Shown: positions 1 through 8,154 of the stretch, one piece after another
Position numbering within the stretch: position 1 is the stretch's first letter
Layout: each line of letters begins with the position of its first letter
Assembly (NCBI GenBank): GCA_020053615.1
Contig: JAGVMW010000025.1
Coordinates: 1 to 32,936 of the forward strand
Reading direction: 5' to 3'
DNA from: an archaeon
GTDB lineage: Archaea > Nanobdellota > Nanobdellia > Woesearchaeales > GW2011-AR9
Length of the DNA: 32,936 bases
Notes under the pieces: model-generated
Seen by the model: only the letters and a program-made list of their open reading frames with translations
The model's database searches: none
Told to the model about the DNA's origin: nothing
Program-made: the position numbers and the translations under genes

Positions 1-28
1 CGATAGTTGCATCTCATTAAATGAAAAC

Positions 29-53
29 AGGACGGCAAAGCCGTCCTTGTTTT
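29..53 (+). terminator. Stem-loop plus T-run; probable terminator of a gene upstream of the window
   Basis: Perfect 7-bp stem AGGACGG (29-35) / CCGTCCT (41-47) with loop CAAAG, followed by TGTTTT (48-53). Confidence 0.4.
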
Positions 54-138
54 CAGGTGGATATGGTGCTATCACTCACAAAACGGACTGTGCCTTTAAC
101 CGTGTCGAATCTGATACAGTTATAGCTAATGTGTGAAG

Positions 139-972
139 ATGGCTAATAAAACAATTATTGTAAAAGGAAACGAAATCGTGCTTTTTTCTCAAAATGAAGA
201 GGATTACATTTCTTTAACGGATATTGCCCGATATAAAAATCCAGATGAACCTAAAGATGCTATCAAAAATTGGATGAGAAGCCGTAACATAATTGAATTT
301 ATGGGGTTATGGGAAATTTTAAACAACCCTGATTTTAAAGGGGTCGAATTCGATTCCTTTAAACAACAAGCTGGAAGCAATCATTTCACCCTATCACCTC
401 AAAAGTGGATTAATGCAACTAATGCGATAGGACTAATTTCAAAATCTGGAAAATTGGGCGGAACATATGCTCACAAAGATATTGCATTTGAGTTTGCTTC
501 ATGGATTTCTTCTGAATTTAAACTGTACTTAATAAAAGAATTCCAAAGACTAAAAATTGAAGAGAATGAGCGAAAGCAATTAGGATGGAGTTTAAAAAGG
601 GACTTGGCAAAGATTAATTATAAAATACATACAGATGCTGTAAAAGAAAATTTAATACCTCCGGAGATAACAAAACAAGAAGAGAAAATGATTTATGCTT
701 CTGAAGCCGATGTTTTAAATAAAGCTTTATTTGGAAAGACTGCCAAAGAATGGAGAGATCAAAATCATGGAAAAGAAGGCAATTTTAGAGATTATGCCAA
801 TGTTACTCAATTAGTGGTATTAAGCAACTTAGAAAACTTTAATTCCGAATTCATTAAAGATAATATTGGACAAGGAGAAAGACTTGTCAAGTTAAACAGA
901 ATTGCCATCTCGCAGATGAAGTCTTTGGTTGATAATAAAAAAGTTAGGCAGTTAGAGGATAAGAGTAAATGA
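139..972 (+). CDS. KilA-N domain-containing protein
   Basis: The N-terminal half (ISLTDIARYKNPDEP...NWMRSRNIIEFMGLWE...GGTYAHKDIAFEFASWISSEFKLYLIKEFQRLK) matches the widespread KilA-N family pattern. ATG at 139; an in-frame GTG at 133 is an alternative start. TGA stop at 970-972. Confidence 0.8.
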   Translation: MANKTIIVKGNEIVLFSQNEEDYISLTDIARYKNPDEPKDAIKNWMRSRNIIEFMGLWEILNNPDFKGVEFDSFKQQAGSNHFTLSPQKWINATNAIGLISKSGKLGGTYAHKDIAFEFASWISSEFKLYLIKEFQRLKIEENERKQLGWSLKRDLAKINYKIHTDAVKENLIPPEITKQEEKMIYASEADVLNKALFGKTAKEWRDQNHGKEGNFRDYANVTQLVVLSNLENFNSEFIKDNIGQGERLVKLNRIAISQMKSLVDNKKVRQLEDKSK

Positions 973-999
973 CACATTCAAGAAGAAGAGCCATGCACC

Positions 1000-1125
1000 A
1001 TGAAAGAAGCTTATGAATGTCTTAAGAGTGAATTCGAATGCGAAATTGAAGTAATTTCTGCAGATAAGAACGATGTGCCAAAGGCTAAGTCAGCCATTTC
1101 GGGAAAAAGGGGAATTTTAGTATGA
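1000..1125 (+). CDS. Small hypothetical ORF (41 aa), translationally coupled to the PUA gene; could be a gene remnant
   Basis: The ATG at 1000 gives MKEAYECLKSEFECEIEVISADKNDVPKAKSAISGKRGILV. Its TGA (1123-1125) overlaps the ATG at 1122 (ATGA). It is below the ORF-track cutoff and I recognise no family. Confidence 0.25.
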   Translation: MKEAYECLKSEFECEIEVISADKNDVPKAKSAISGKRGILV

Positions 1126-1592
1126 TGAAACTTACCCCTCTCCGTTCGAAAGAATTTCAAGAAGAACTAAATACCAATCATTATTTTCTAAAAGTCAGCA
1201 AGAAAGATACAGTTGAATTATCTGAAACTGAAACCACAAAAATAATTCTGCTCAATAAACAGCCTGCATTTTTTTATCTAACAAAACGATTAATTCCGCA
1301 CTTAAAGTTACTTCAAGCCCACCCAGACTTGCTGAAGAAAATTGTAGTAGATATGGGTGCGGTTAAGTTTATGATAAGTGGAGCTGATGTAATGCGTCCA
1401 GGAATAGTAGAGATTGAAGCTGGAATTGAAAAAGACGCTTTAGTCGTAGTTGTTGATGTAAATAACCACAAGCCATTAGCAGTGGGAATAGCTTTGTTTA
1501 ATATAGAAGAGATGCAAGCGATGGCTTCAGGAAAGGTTATTAAGAATATTCATTATGTAGGGGATGAGATATGGAAAGGGGTATTTGTTTAG
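1122..1592 (+). CDS. PUA-domain RNA-binding protein (MCT-1/Tma20-like, DUF1947+PUA architecture)
   Basis: The C-terminal half (VDMGAVKFMISGADVMRPGIV...VVVVDVNNHKPLAVGIALF...GKVIKNIHYVGDEIW) is a typical PUA pattern. The last codons and the TAG stop (GTATTTGTTTAG) lie inside palindromic element A. Confidence 0.8.
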   Translation: MMKLTPLRSKEFQEELNTNHYFLKVSKKDTVELSETETTKIILLNKQPAFFYLTKRLIPHLKLLQAHPDLLKKIVVDMGAVKFMISGADVMRPGIVEIEAGIEKDALVVVVDVNNHKPLAVGIALFNIEEMQAMASGKVIKNIHYVGDEIWKGVFV

Positions 1593-1738
1593 CTCGGCGC
1601 GGTCAATTTGCTTGCTGAGCGGGGGTACTGCTTGCAAGAAAGTGAGTTACTCGCTAATTTCAAGCTACTTTCTTGTTTCCAACGAGAATACTACGAGAGC
1701 GAGGCGAGGCAAGCGACCGCCGAAAGCTAAACAAATAC
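1581..1738. repeat. Palindromic structured element, copy A (same termini as copy B, different interior)
   Basis: Outer stem GTATTTGTTTAGC (1581-1593) / GCTAAACAAATAC (1726-1738). Next stem TCGGCG(C)GGTC / GACCGCCGA, then GCTTGC/GCAAGC. There is an internal 9-bp stem CAAGAAAGT/ACTTTCTTG. The element is GC-rich relative to its surroundings. Confidence 0.75.
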
Positions 1739-1771
1739 GAAAAAGAGAATTATCTAAGAGGAGAAGTTAAT

Positions 1772-2116
1772 ATGATATTAAACTACACTCGCAACAAAGT
1801 AATTTCAGAGAATGAAATAGTCTGTAAAAGTATCTTCTCGCAGGCATTAGGATTAATGTTTCATCACAAACAAAATTTAATTATGGTGTTTTTCGAAGAA
1901 AGGAGAATCTCTTTGCACAATTTCTTTGTATTCTTTCCCATTGATGTACTGGTGGTGGATAAAGAGATGAAGATAGTGGAGATTAAAAGAGATTTTAAGC
2001 CATTTACATTCTGGAATGCTTCACAGAAAGGAAAGTATGTGATAGAGCTGGGGATTAGGAAAGATTCTGGCGAGAAAGGAGAATATGAGATAGGGGAGAA
2101 GGTGGAGATAAAATAG
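1772..2116 (+). CDS. DUF192 domain protein
   Basis: The ATG at 1772 is preceded by AGGAGAAG. The motifs GLMFHH...MVFF...FFPIDVLVVDKEMKIVEI...KYVIELG fit the DUF192 pattern. The longer track ORF (from 1673) reads through element A and is rejected. Confidence 0.75.
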   Translation: MILNYTRNKVISENEIVCKSIFSQALGLMFHHKQNLIMVFFEERRISLHNFFVFFPIDVLVVDKEMKIVEIKRDFKPFTFWNASQKGKYVIELGIRKDSGEKGEYEIGEKVEIK

Positions 2117-2183
2117 ATTATTTTCTGTTTTGTATACTTAATTACTACACAACCATAAATATACTTCTCGCTCTGAGTGTGGT

Positions 2184-2831
2184 ATGAAATGGAAAATACC
2201 ACTATACATCGTTGGGATTGGAACCCTCGCTGCCGGAGCCTTTGGCGTCGGAGTGTATTCCAGTGGCGAAGTAAACAAGACCTACCAAAAAGTGCAAGAA
2301 TCAGTATCTTGCCTGTATTCTGCCGAAAACTGCCAAAAGCAGGATAACACCGAGGCAGAACTAAACACAGCAGAACCGAAATTGGTATCTGCTCCTACTA
2401 CTGACGACAAGTATGCTGCAGAAATAAGTTCTCTGCGTGAAGAAGTTAAAGCTCTGCAGCAGAAATCACTTAATCCACAAACTAACTTATACTCACAGAA
2501 AGATGTGATACATGTAACAATCCCAATTGATGCGCTTCTATCTCGTCTAGGCAAAGAATATGCACCCGGAACCAACAGCTACCGCTCGTTTACGGATAAA
2601 ATCAAAGAGTTCTGTGTAGAAAAAACATTTGAAGAAGGAAAGAAAGAGTTAGAACGAAAATTTCAACACACACATGAAAGTATCGACCAGGTAATTGATT
2701 CTACTACATCTTTCTTAGGAGATAAAGTAACTGACTATCGCAGAAGGCTGGGCGATGCTATTTATCCAGAAGGATCAGCAAGCTCAGAACTAAGCAAGCC
2801 TGAACTAAATCAACCAGAGGGAGGAAACTAA
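2184..2831 (+). CDS. Hypothetical N-terminally membrane-anchored protein (first gene of the + operon)
   Basis: One N-terminal hydrophobic helix (IPLYIVGIGTLAAGAFGVGVY) is followed by a charged, helical region. A TATA-like ATAAATATA lies at 2155-2163, about 25 nt upstream of the ATG. Confidence 0.6.
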   Translation: MKWKIPLYIVGIGTLAAGAFGVGVYSSGEVNKTYQKVQESVSCLYSAENCQKQDNTEAELNTAEPKLVSAPTTDDKYAAEISSLREEVKALQQKSLNPQTNLYSQKDVIHVTIPIDALLSRLGKEYAPGTNSYRSFTDKIKEFCVEKTFEEGKKELERKFQHTHESIDQVIDSTTSFLGDKVTDYRRRLGDAIYPEGSASSELSKPELNQPEGGN

Positions 2832-2832
2832 A

Positions 2833-3288
2833 ATGGGATTAATCTCAAATACGTTAATGTTAGGAATCGGCTTGGGTGCAGGATATGTATTATGGCATCC
2901 AACCACAGATAATTGCAAGGAGATGTACGATCGAAAGATTTCGGTAATGGAAGAAAAGTATGCATCAGTACCACGTCAAGGTCTTGTCGGGCCAAGAGAT
3001 GTGAGCATAGATTATGTTGTAGCTGAAGATGAAGGCGTAAACGGCGTAGTTATTACTCATAATCGCAGTGGGAAACAAGAGGTGCTAGTTGAGAGACAGA
3101 TATTGTTCCAGGACAATTATAGATTAGACTTAGAGCCATTGAATAAATCACTTAGCCCGGATGAGAAGATTTCATTGGTGGGAGCAAACTTTACATCACC
3201 AAAAGATGATATTTCAGATAATTACAGCCAAACAGCTGACAAATTTGTAGACAAGCTCAAAGATTACGCCGCTAAAGCGGTGAAGTAA
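2833..3288 (+). CDS. Hypothetical N-terminally anchored protein, paralog of 3467-3865
   Basis: SD GAGGGAGG is upstream, and the start is 1 nt after the previous stop. It has an N-terminal helix LMLGIGLGAGYVLW. It shares DNCKEMYDRKISVMEEKYASVP and SIDYVVAEDEGVNGVVITHNRSGKQ with the next gene. Confidence 0.65.
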   Translation: MGLISNTLMLGIGLGAGYVLWHPTTDNCKEMYDRKISVMEEKYASVPRQGLVGPRDVSIDYVVAEDEGVNGVVITHNRSGKQEVLVERQILFQDNYRLDLEPLNKSLSPDEKISLVGANFTSPKDDISDNYSQTADKFVDKLKDYAAKAVK

Positions 3289-3300
3289 ATTAAAAAAAAC

Positions 3301-3432
3301 GTATTTGTTTAGCATCTTCAAAATCCTCGTCAATAAATTTCGCTGGAGCCGCATCCCCGTATGGGGCAAGTCCCCCTGCGGCTCTCGAAGTGATATCGCA
3401 GGGATTTTGACCTTATGATGCTAAACAAATAC
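3301..3432 (-). repeat. Palindromic structured element, copy B (inverted relative to C/D/E)
   Basis: 16-bp outer stem GTATTTGTTTAGCATC/GATGCTAAACAAATAC, and 9-bp second stem TCAAAATCC/GGATTTTGA. The reverse-complemented core, GCAGGGGGACTTGCCCCATACGGGGATGC, is flanked by GAGCCGC/GCGGCTC. The element is flanked exactly by AAAAAAAAC (3292-3300 and 3433-3441). Confidence 0.85.
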
Positions 3433-3466
3433 AAAAAAAACAAAAACCAAACAGGAGGGAAATAAA

Positions 3467-3865
3467 ATGAGAGGATACATTCCGGGATTGATAAAAGTAG
3501 GAGTAGGAGCAGCTATAGGATTAGGCATCGGTTATTTTACGTTTAAGGCTGATGCAGAAGATTGTAAAGGAGTATACCAGAAGCAGATGAGCGAGCTGGA
3601 AGAGAAATACAAGAGTGTGCCCATTCCAGAAGGCGTGGCTGCATCTAAAGACTTCAGCTTAGATTATGTAGTATCTGAGAAAGGCGGATTCAAAGGCTAT
3701 GTGTTTACGGACAATGCCAGCGGAAAGCAAGGGGTAGTTGCTAAGAGTAACGTATTAGGAAATAGAAAATATTTCTTTGAGTACGTTCCATTAGATGGAA
3801 TTGTAGACGGAAGCGAGCCTAAAGTTGCCGCACAGCCAGAAATCAAAGTATACGGACAGAAATAA
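3467..3865 (+). CDS. Hypothetical N-terminally anchored protein, paralog of 2833-3288
   Basis: SD AGGAGGG lies 7 nt upstream. It has an N-terminal helix VGVGAAIGLGIGYF. The motifs EDCKGVYQKQMSELEEKYKSVP and SLDYVVSEKGGFKGYVFTDNASGKQ align with the previous gene. Confidence 0.7.
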   Translation: MRGYIPGLIKVGVGAAIGLGIGYFTFKADAEDCKGVYQKQMSELEEKYKSVPIPEGVAASKDFSLDYVVSEKGGFKGYVFTDNASGKQGVVAKSNVLGNRKYFFEYVPLDGIVDGSEPKVAAQPEIKVYGQK

Positions 3866-3891
3866 AATCTAATCACCGGAGGTGAATTAAC

Positions 3892-4986
3892 ATGGAAGAA
3901 ATGCCAGAAGGAGAGACAGGCTCGGAAGGGGGAAACGGACCAATTATACTAGAAGGGCCACCATTAGCTTCGGTAGTGCCCCAATCTGTTTCTGACCCAG
4001 CAGCAGTTCGGGGTGAACATGCTAGAGGAACGGAATATATCGACAATTTGGTACAAGAATCAAGCGAGGAATATTCTTCACCAGGAGCAGCTAATAGAGC
4101 TATGGTAAGAAGCACTGAAACGCTAGATAGGTCTGGTCTAAAATTAGATAATGTTCCAGAATTCATTAAACCATTATATGTAAGAGCATACAACCTGTTT
4201 AAAAATCCGCATCAAAGGCTTGCTGGTAGGAAAGAAGATCTAGCTAAACTAGTAGAGGAAGCCAAAGGGATTGAAGATAATGTAAGTGAAATCCTCTATG
4301 GTTCCGAATATAGTCGTGACCGTAGCAAGATGGATGGTCTTCAGGGAAAATTCATAGAGACGATGGCTACTCGAAGAAAAAGTGCTAAAGCAATAAAAGA
4401 GTTAGAAAAAGAGATAAACACCACTTATGGCAGAAGAAAAACTGTTGAGGATGTACTAAAACAAAAAGGACAAGAGCCAGACACTACAGAGATTAAGCGG
4501 CTGCATAGTGATATTGTAATGTACACCCAAAGCATAGCGACTTATAAAGGATTAAAACAAAAATTTCTGACAAGAATTGATGCACTTGATCAAAAAGTAA
4601 CAAATTACCAGAAAGGAATAGAAGTAGCTACTGCAGTCTACAACTTTGTACAACAGCATCGCATGAATGTAGAAGCTTACATGGAAGGTACTGATATAAA
4701 CATCAAAGAGCTCGAAGCATTGACTAAAATCGGAGACATCATTCCAGCATTCCAAGGGAGAATGAAAGAATTAGATGGTATGGTGAAAGACTTTTACAAA
4801 GCTTTGGGAGATAGAATGACAGCCGCAGTAAAAATGACTGAATCTAAGCTAGATGTACCTAAAGGATATGCTCTCCCCGGGTTTGTAAATGGAATTCGAG
4901 CTAACACCGATGTTAAGAACGACGAGATGGAAAGAAGAGTAGACCAAATCTTAGATAACCCTTACGCAGAGATGTATAAAGTTTAA
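3892..4986 (+). CDS. Hypothetical protein: acidic/Gly-Pro-rich N-terminus, then a long predicted helical region
   Basis: SD GGAGGTG lies 8 nt upstream. There is no TM segment, and heptad-like charged helices run from about residue 100 to the end. I recognise no family. Confidence 0.7.
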   Translation: MEEMPEGETGSEGGNGPIILEGPPLASVVPQSVSDPAAVRGEHARGTEYIDNLVQESSEEYSSPGAANRAMVRSTETLDRSGLKLDNVPEFIKPLYVRAYNLFKNPHQRLAGRKEDLAKLVEEAKGIEDNVSEILYGSEYSRDRSKMDGLQGKFIETMATRRKSAKAIKELEKEINTTYGRRKTVEDVLKQKGQEPDTTEIKRLHSDIVMYTQSIATYKGLKQKFLTRIDALDQKVTNYQKGIEVATAVYNFVQQHRMNVEAYMEGTDINIKELEALTKIGDIIPAFQGRMKELDGMVKDFYKALGDRMTAAVKMTESKLDVPKGYALPGFVNGIRANTDVKNDEMERRVDQILDNPYAEMYKV

Positions 4987-5015
4987 TTTGTTTTATTTTT
5001 ATTTGTTTTATTTTT
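4986..5015 (+). repeat. Perfect 15-nt tandem duplication (ATTTGTTTTATTTTT x2), T-rich, between two operon genes
   Basis: 4986-5000 and 5001-5015 are identical, then TTAAACC and the ATG at 5023. Oligo-T tracts are archaeal termination signals, so this could be an internal terminator/attenuator and/or a promoter for the AAA gene. Confidence 0.5.
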
Positions 5016-5022
5016 TTAAACC

Positions 5023-6534
5023 ATGGTAAAAACAATTGAATTCACCAGAGCAGAACTTAACAGTATTGAATATACCATTGTTTCCAAGCTGAATGGGGCA
5101 AGATATTCCCTAGACGAAATAATTGGGCAATACTCAGAGGGGAATAGTGGAAAAAGAGTTTATAACGCCATTAAAGACTTTGCTTCCATACAACGCTGTG
5201 GAATTGAAAAGTTAAAACAAGAATATAAATCTTTAGCGGTACCTCTAATTACTGTTTTAGCTGCGGAAACAGCTTCAGCAGAGATGGGTTACTCTGGCAA
5301 CGAGGAAGTTAGCTGTTTTGGTAATAAAGCATTAAACTACAAGCAGGAATGGCCTTATTATTTAACTGATCCATTAGACATATACAAGCCATTTTTAGAA
5401 GAATCTAGATCCCGCCCCAAGCTAGAAGCACTAACCGAATCTTTTTTCAGCTGGCTTTCCCGAACTGCAGCAGCGGAAGTATGCAAAGATCCAAAGTTCA
5501 AAGATAAAGATTGGGAAGTTACCGTTGCCGGAAAGAAATATCAAGTAGAAATAAACCCGGACAAAACTGCTCCCAAAAGAAAAGTGGATGTAGATTTCTC
5601 TTCTTACATCGTAAAACCAGACTCAAAAAGTACTAACGAAGCAGATTACATTTATGGCCACGAAGCAGTAAAAGAAGTATTCCAAAAGACAGAATTAAGA
5701 GTAAGAAACTGGGAATTTTACACCGGATTATTTAACCCAAAAAATCTTTTCCCAAATATCTTATTACACGGTCCGCCAGGAACAGGAAAAACCACTTTGA
5801 TTAGAAGCCTAGCTGCAAGATGTGGTTTTGAATACCGACCAATACCGTGTGCTGAACTATGCAGCAAATACTTTGGTGAAAGCGCTAACATTCTTCGAGG
5901 ACATTACAAAGATGCCAGCATTACTATCGATAAAGGGAAGAATAAAGGAGTTATTATTTTTTTGGACGAGATTGATCACATCGCTTTAAGAAGAGACACC
6001 GATTCAAAAGAACAGAATACGTTAGTTACTACTTTAAATGATCTGCTGGATGGAAATAGTACCAAGCCCGGATTAATTACCATTGGTGCAACCAATGTAC
6101 TTCATCTTATTGACGAAGCTATTTGGAGCAGATTTGCCGAGAAGTTATATGTAGGATATCCTAAAACAGATGAAGGAATTATTGGAATACATAAAAAGAT
6201 TATCCAGAAGATAGAAGATTATTCCAGCAAAAAACAGTTTGGATCTCTAGACGTTGATAGAATACTTAATTTTTCACGTAAAGATGAACGATTTAAGTCA
6301 GGAAGAGTAATTAATTCAATATTATACAAGTGTGTAACTAATGTTACTGATGGATATGTTATTAGTACAGAACAACGAAAAGAAAAACCATCCAAAGATA
6401 AAATTCCTCTAGTAAAAACTGAAGACCTGACCGAAGCTTATGATAAATACAACTTAGACGAAGAGGATGAAAAGCCAGGACGCATGGGTTTTACTGCTGG
6501 AAATGCCACCAAGACTATTACTAAAATTATCTAA
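5023..6534 (+). CDS. Classical AAA-family ATPase with a unique ~240-aa N-terminal domain
   Basis: Walker A LLHGPPGTGKTTL, Walker B VIIFLDEIDHIA, sensor-1 IGATN, and second region of homology IDEAIWSRFAEKLYVGYP. Confidence 0.85.
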   Translation: MVKTIEFTRAELNSIEYTIVSKLNGARYSLDEIIGQYSEGNSGKRVYNAIKDFASIQRCGIEKLKQEYKSLAVPLITVLAAETASAEMGYSGNEEVSCFGNKALNYKQEWPYYLTDPLDIYKPFLEESRSRPKLEALTESFFSWLSRTAAAEVCKDPKFKDKDWEVTVAGKKYQVEINPDKTAPKRKVDVDFSSYIVKPDSKSTNEADYIYGHEAVKEVFQKTELRVRNWEFYTGLFNPKNLFPNILLHGPPGTGKTTLIRSLAARCGFEYRPIPCAELCSKYFGESANILRGHYKDASITIDKGKNKGVIIFLDEIDHIALRRDTDSKEQNTLVTTLNDLLDGNSTKPGLITIGATNVLHLIDEAIWSRFAEKLYVGYPKTDEGIIGIHKKIIQKIEDYSSKKQFGSLDVDRILNFSRKDERFKSGRVINSILYKCVTNVTDGYVISTEQRKEKPSKDKIPLVKTEDLTEAYDKYNLDEEDEKPGRMGFTAGNATKTITKII

Positions 6535-6536
6535 CC

Positions 6537-8147
6537 ATGAATGATTACGCCATAATCGATAAAGTGTACAATTTCTTTGTGGACAAGAACGAGATGGAAG
6601 GCTATTTGAGAAGAATAAATAAGGGAGAACTACCCGAACTTGAAACAATCAACTCATTTTTAGATAATGGAGAAAGATATTCTCATAATCCTACTTTATA
6701 TCATTCATTAGAACTAAGTTTAGCAGAATTAAAAAGATTACAAGCCAGATTTAATTTAAAGCATAACCAATCAAATACGTTTAGAGCCAAAACAGTAATA
6801 ATAAATGCAGAATACGTTGAAGATACTGCTTCAAATCAAGACAACATGCATCAAGATAACGTAACTCCAATTACATCAATCCAACCTAAAGTACTTTCTT
6901 CACCATCCAAATCAGAACCACAAACCTCACCATCATCAACCATTTCTTACACTCAACCATCCCAAGCCGCCAAACGAATTATCACACCATTAACTCTCAC
7001 TCCCACCTCAATACATTCTTTCTTCTCCTTTCAGGGTATCGTCGGAGAAGAAAAAAATCGAGAATTAATGATGTACGGTTTAGTTGCCCGTGCAAACATG
7101 GGTATAGAAAGTCTTTCCGGCAGCGGAAAATCTGCTTTGTTGTACGCTTTGTTAAAAGCACTTCCTCCAGAACGATACTTAACTATTCATCAAGCTACTG
7201 ACCGCAGTTTATATCACAATCCAAAAATAAATTCCAGCAATTATATCATAATTCCAGAACTACAAAAAATATTCAGCAAAGACATTGAAGAAATTATCAA
7301 AAACTTAACCGAAGGAGTAGATTCTACTTATACCAGAACAAATTCCAAGCGAAATGGTGTAGATACATTCAAGATAAACAAAAAACCAATATTATATTCA
7401 TTTGCCATAACTAACAAACATCTAAAAGAACGCGATGACGAATTCTACCGCAGGTTTATCATATTCCATACTGACATCAGCAGAGAGCAGAATAAGAAAG
7501 TAGCTTTAAGCTTTGCCGAAAGAGAACTGCAGCCAGAAGCAACCACAGATGATTATTCAGCTTGGCAAAGCCATATCTCAAATTGTTTGGATTCAACTGC
7601 GGAAATAAAGAATCCATTCTTACCGCACATAATTGAATCACTCCCACCAGAAATTTCCGAACAGGTGCGGTTTAGGTCATCGGTAAAATATTTGCATCAA
7701 TTAATCTGCGGAGCAACTTTATTTAATTCTACTGCAAATAACAATGTAGATAAAATAAACCAGAAATATCTTTTCTCTGGACTGTCTGATAATCTCAAAG
7801 TGACAGAATTATACGAGCAAGTATTAGTAGATAATTTGTATGGGTTAAGTGTAATAGACCGAGCTTTGCTAAACCTTCTCGACGATGAACCAACTCACAC
7901 TGGAGCTGTAAAACAGAAATTTGGAGAAGTATATGCAACTTCTATCCCTATCGAAGATTCATTATCTAAGCTCACTGCCAGTGGTCTGGTAGGAAAAGAG
8001 GGCGACGCATATCGGTTAAGAATTGCTCCAAAGATAACCCTCAACCCTGAACGGGCTTTGGACGCAGCCGATAAGTTCATGCAGCTGCACTACCCCAAAT
8101 ACCGTGACCAATGGCATGAGCTATGTTTAAAGCAGATGGAAACATAA
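6537..8147 (+). CDS. P-loop NTPase with a Ser/Pro/Thr-rich linker and a probable C-terminal winged-helix domain
   Basis: The start is 2 nt after the AAA stop. Walker A SLSGSGKSALLYALLKAL, Walker-B-like NYIIIPELQ, and an RRF motif (DEFYRRFIIFH). The C-terminal LLNLLDDEPTHTGAVKQKFG...SLSKLTASGLVGKEGDAYRL looks wHTH-like. The family is unresolved. Confidence 0.7.
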   Translation: MNDYAIIDKVYNFFVDKNEMEGYLRRINKGELPELETINSFLDNGERYSHNPTLYHSLELSLAELKRLQARFNLKHNQSNTFRAKTVIINAEYVEDTASNQDNMHQDNVTPITSIQPKVLSSPSKSEPQTSPSSTISYTQPSQAAKRIITPLTLTPTSIHSFFSFQGIVGEEKNRELMMYGLVARANMGIESLSGSGKSALLYALLKALPPERYLTIHQATDRSLYHNPKINSSNYIIIPELQKIFSKDIEEIIKNLTEGVDSTYTRTNSKRNGVDTFKINKKPILYSFAITNKHLKERDDEFYRRFIIFHTDISREQNKKVALSFAERELQPEATTDDYSAWQSHISNCLDSTAEIKNPFLPHIIESLPPEISEQVRFRSSVKYLHQLICGATLFNSTANNNVDKINQKYLFSGLSDNLKVTELYEQVLVDNLYGLSVIDRALLNLLDDEPTHTGAVKQKFGEVYATSIPIEDSLSKLTASGLVGKEGDAYRLRIAPKITLNPERALDAADKFMQLHYPKYRDQWHELCLKQMET

Positions 8148-8154
8148 ACTAAAA

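Noticed and set aside
970-972. TGA readthrough or recoding that would extend the KilA-N protein into the downstream open frame.
   Set aside because: TGA terminates several well-supported genes here (elp3 at 26559, dph5 at 30711, 27359-29734, and the TPR and Rossmann-like genes), so the code is standard. The KilA-N family length matches termination at 972.
1581-1738. Possible self-cleaving ribozyme (hammerhead-like CTGAGC and GAAA boxes) or C/D-box sRNA features (ATGATGC in copy B) in the palindromic elements.
   Set aside because: The boxes do not match the required cores (CUGANGA ... GAAA, or RUGAUGA ... CUGA) in sequence or spacing, and they are not conserved among copies.
1564-1771. The track ORF 1564-1770 and the N-terminal extension (1673-1771) of the DUF192 ORF.
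   Set aside because: Both read through palindromic element A. The DUF192 domain begins after the SD-preceded ATG at 1772. The translated element sequence is Arg/Lys-rich with no protein-like features.
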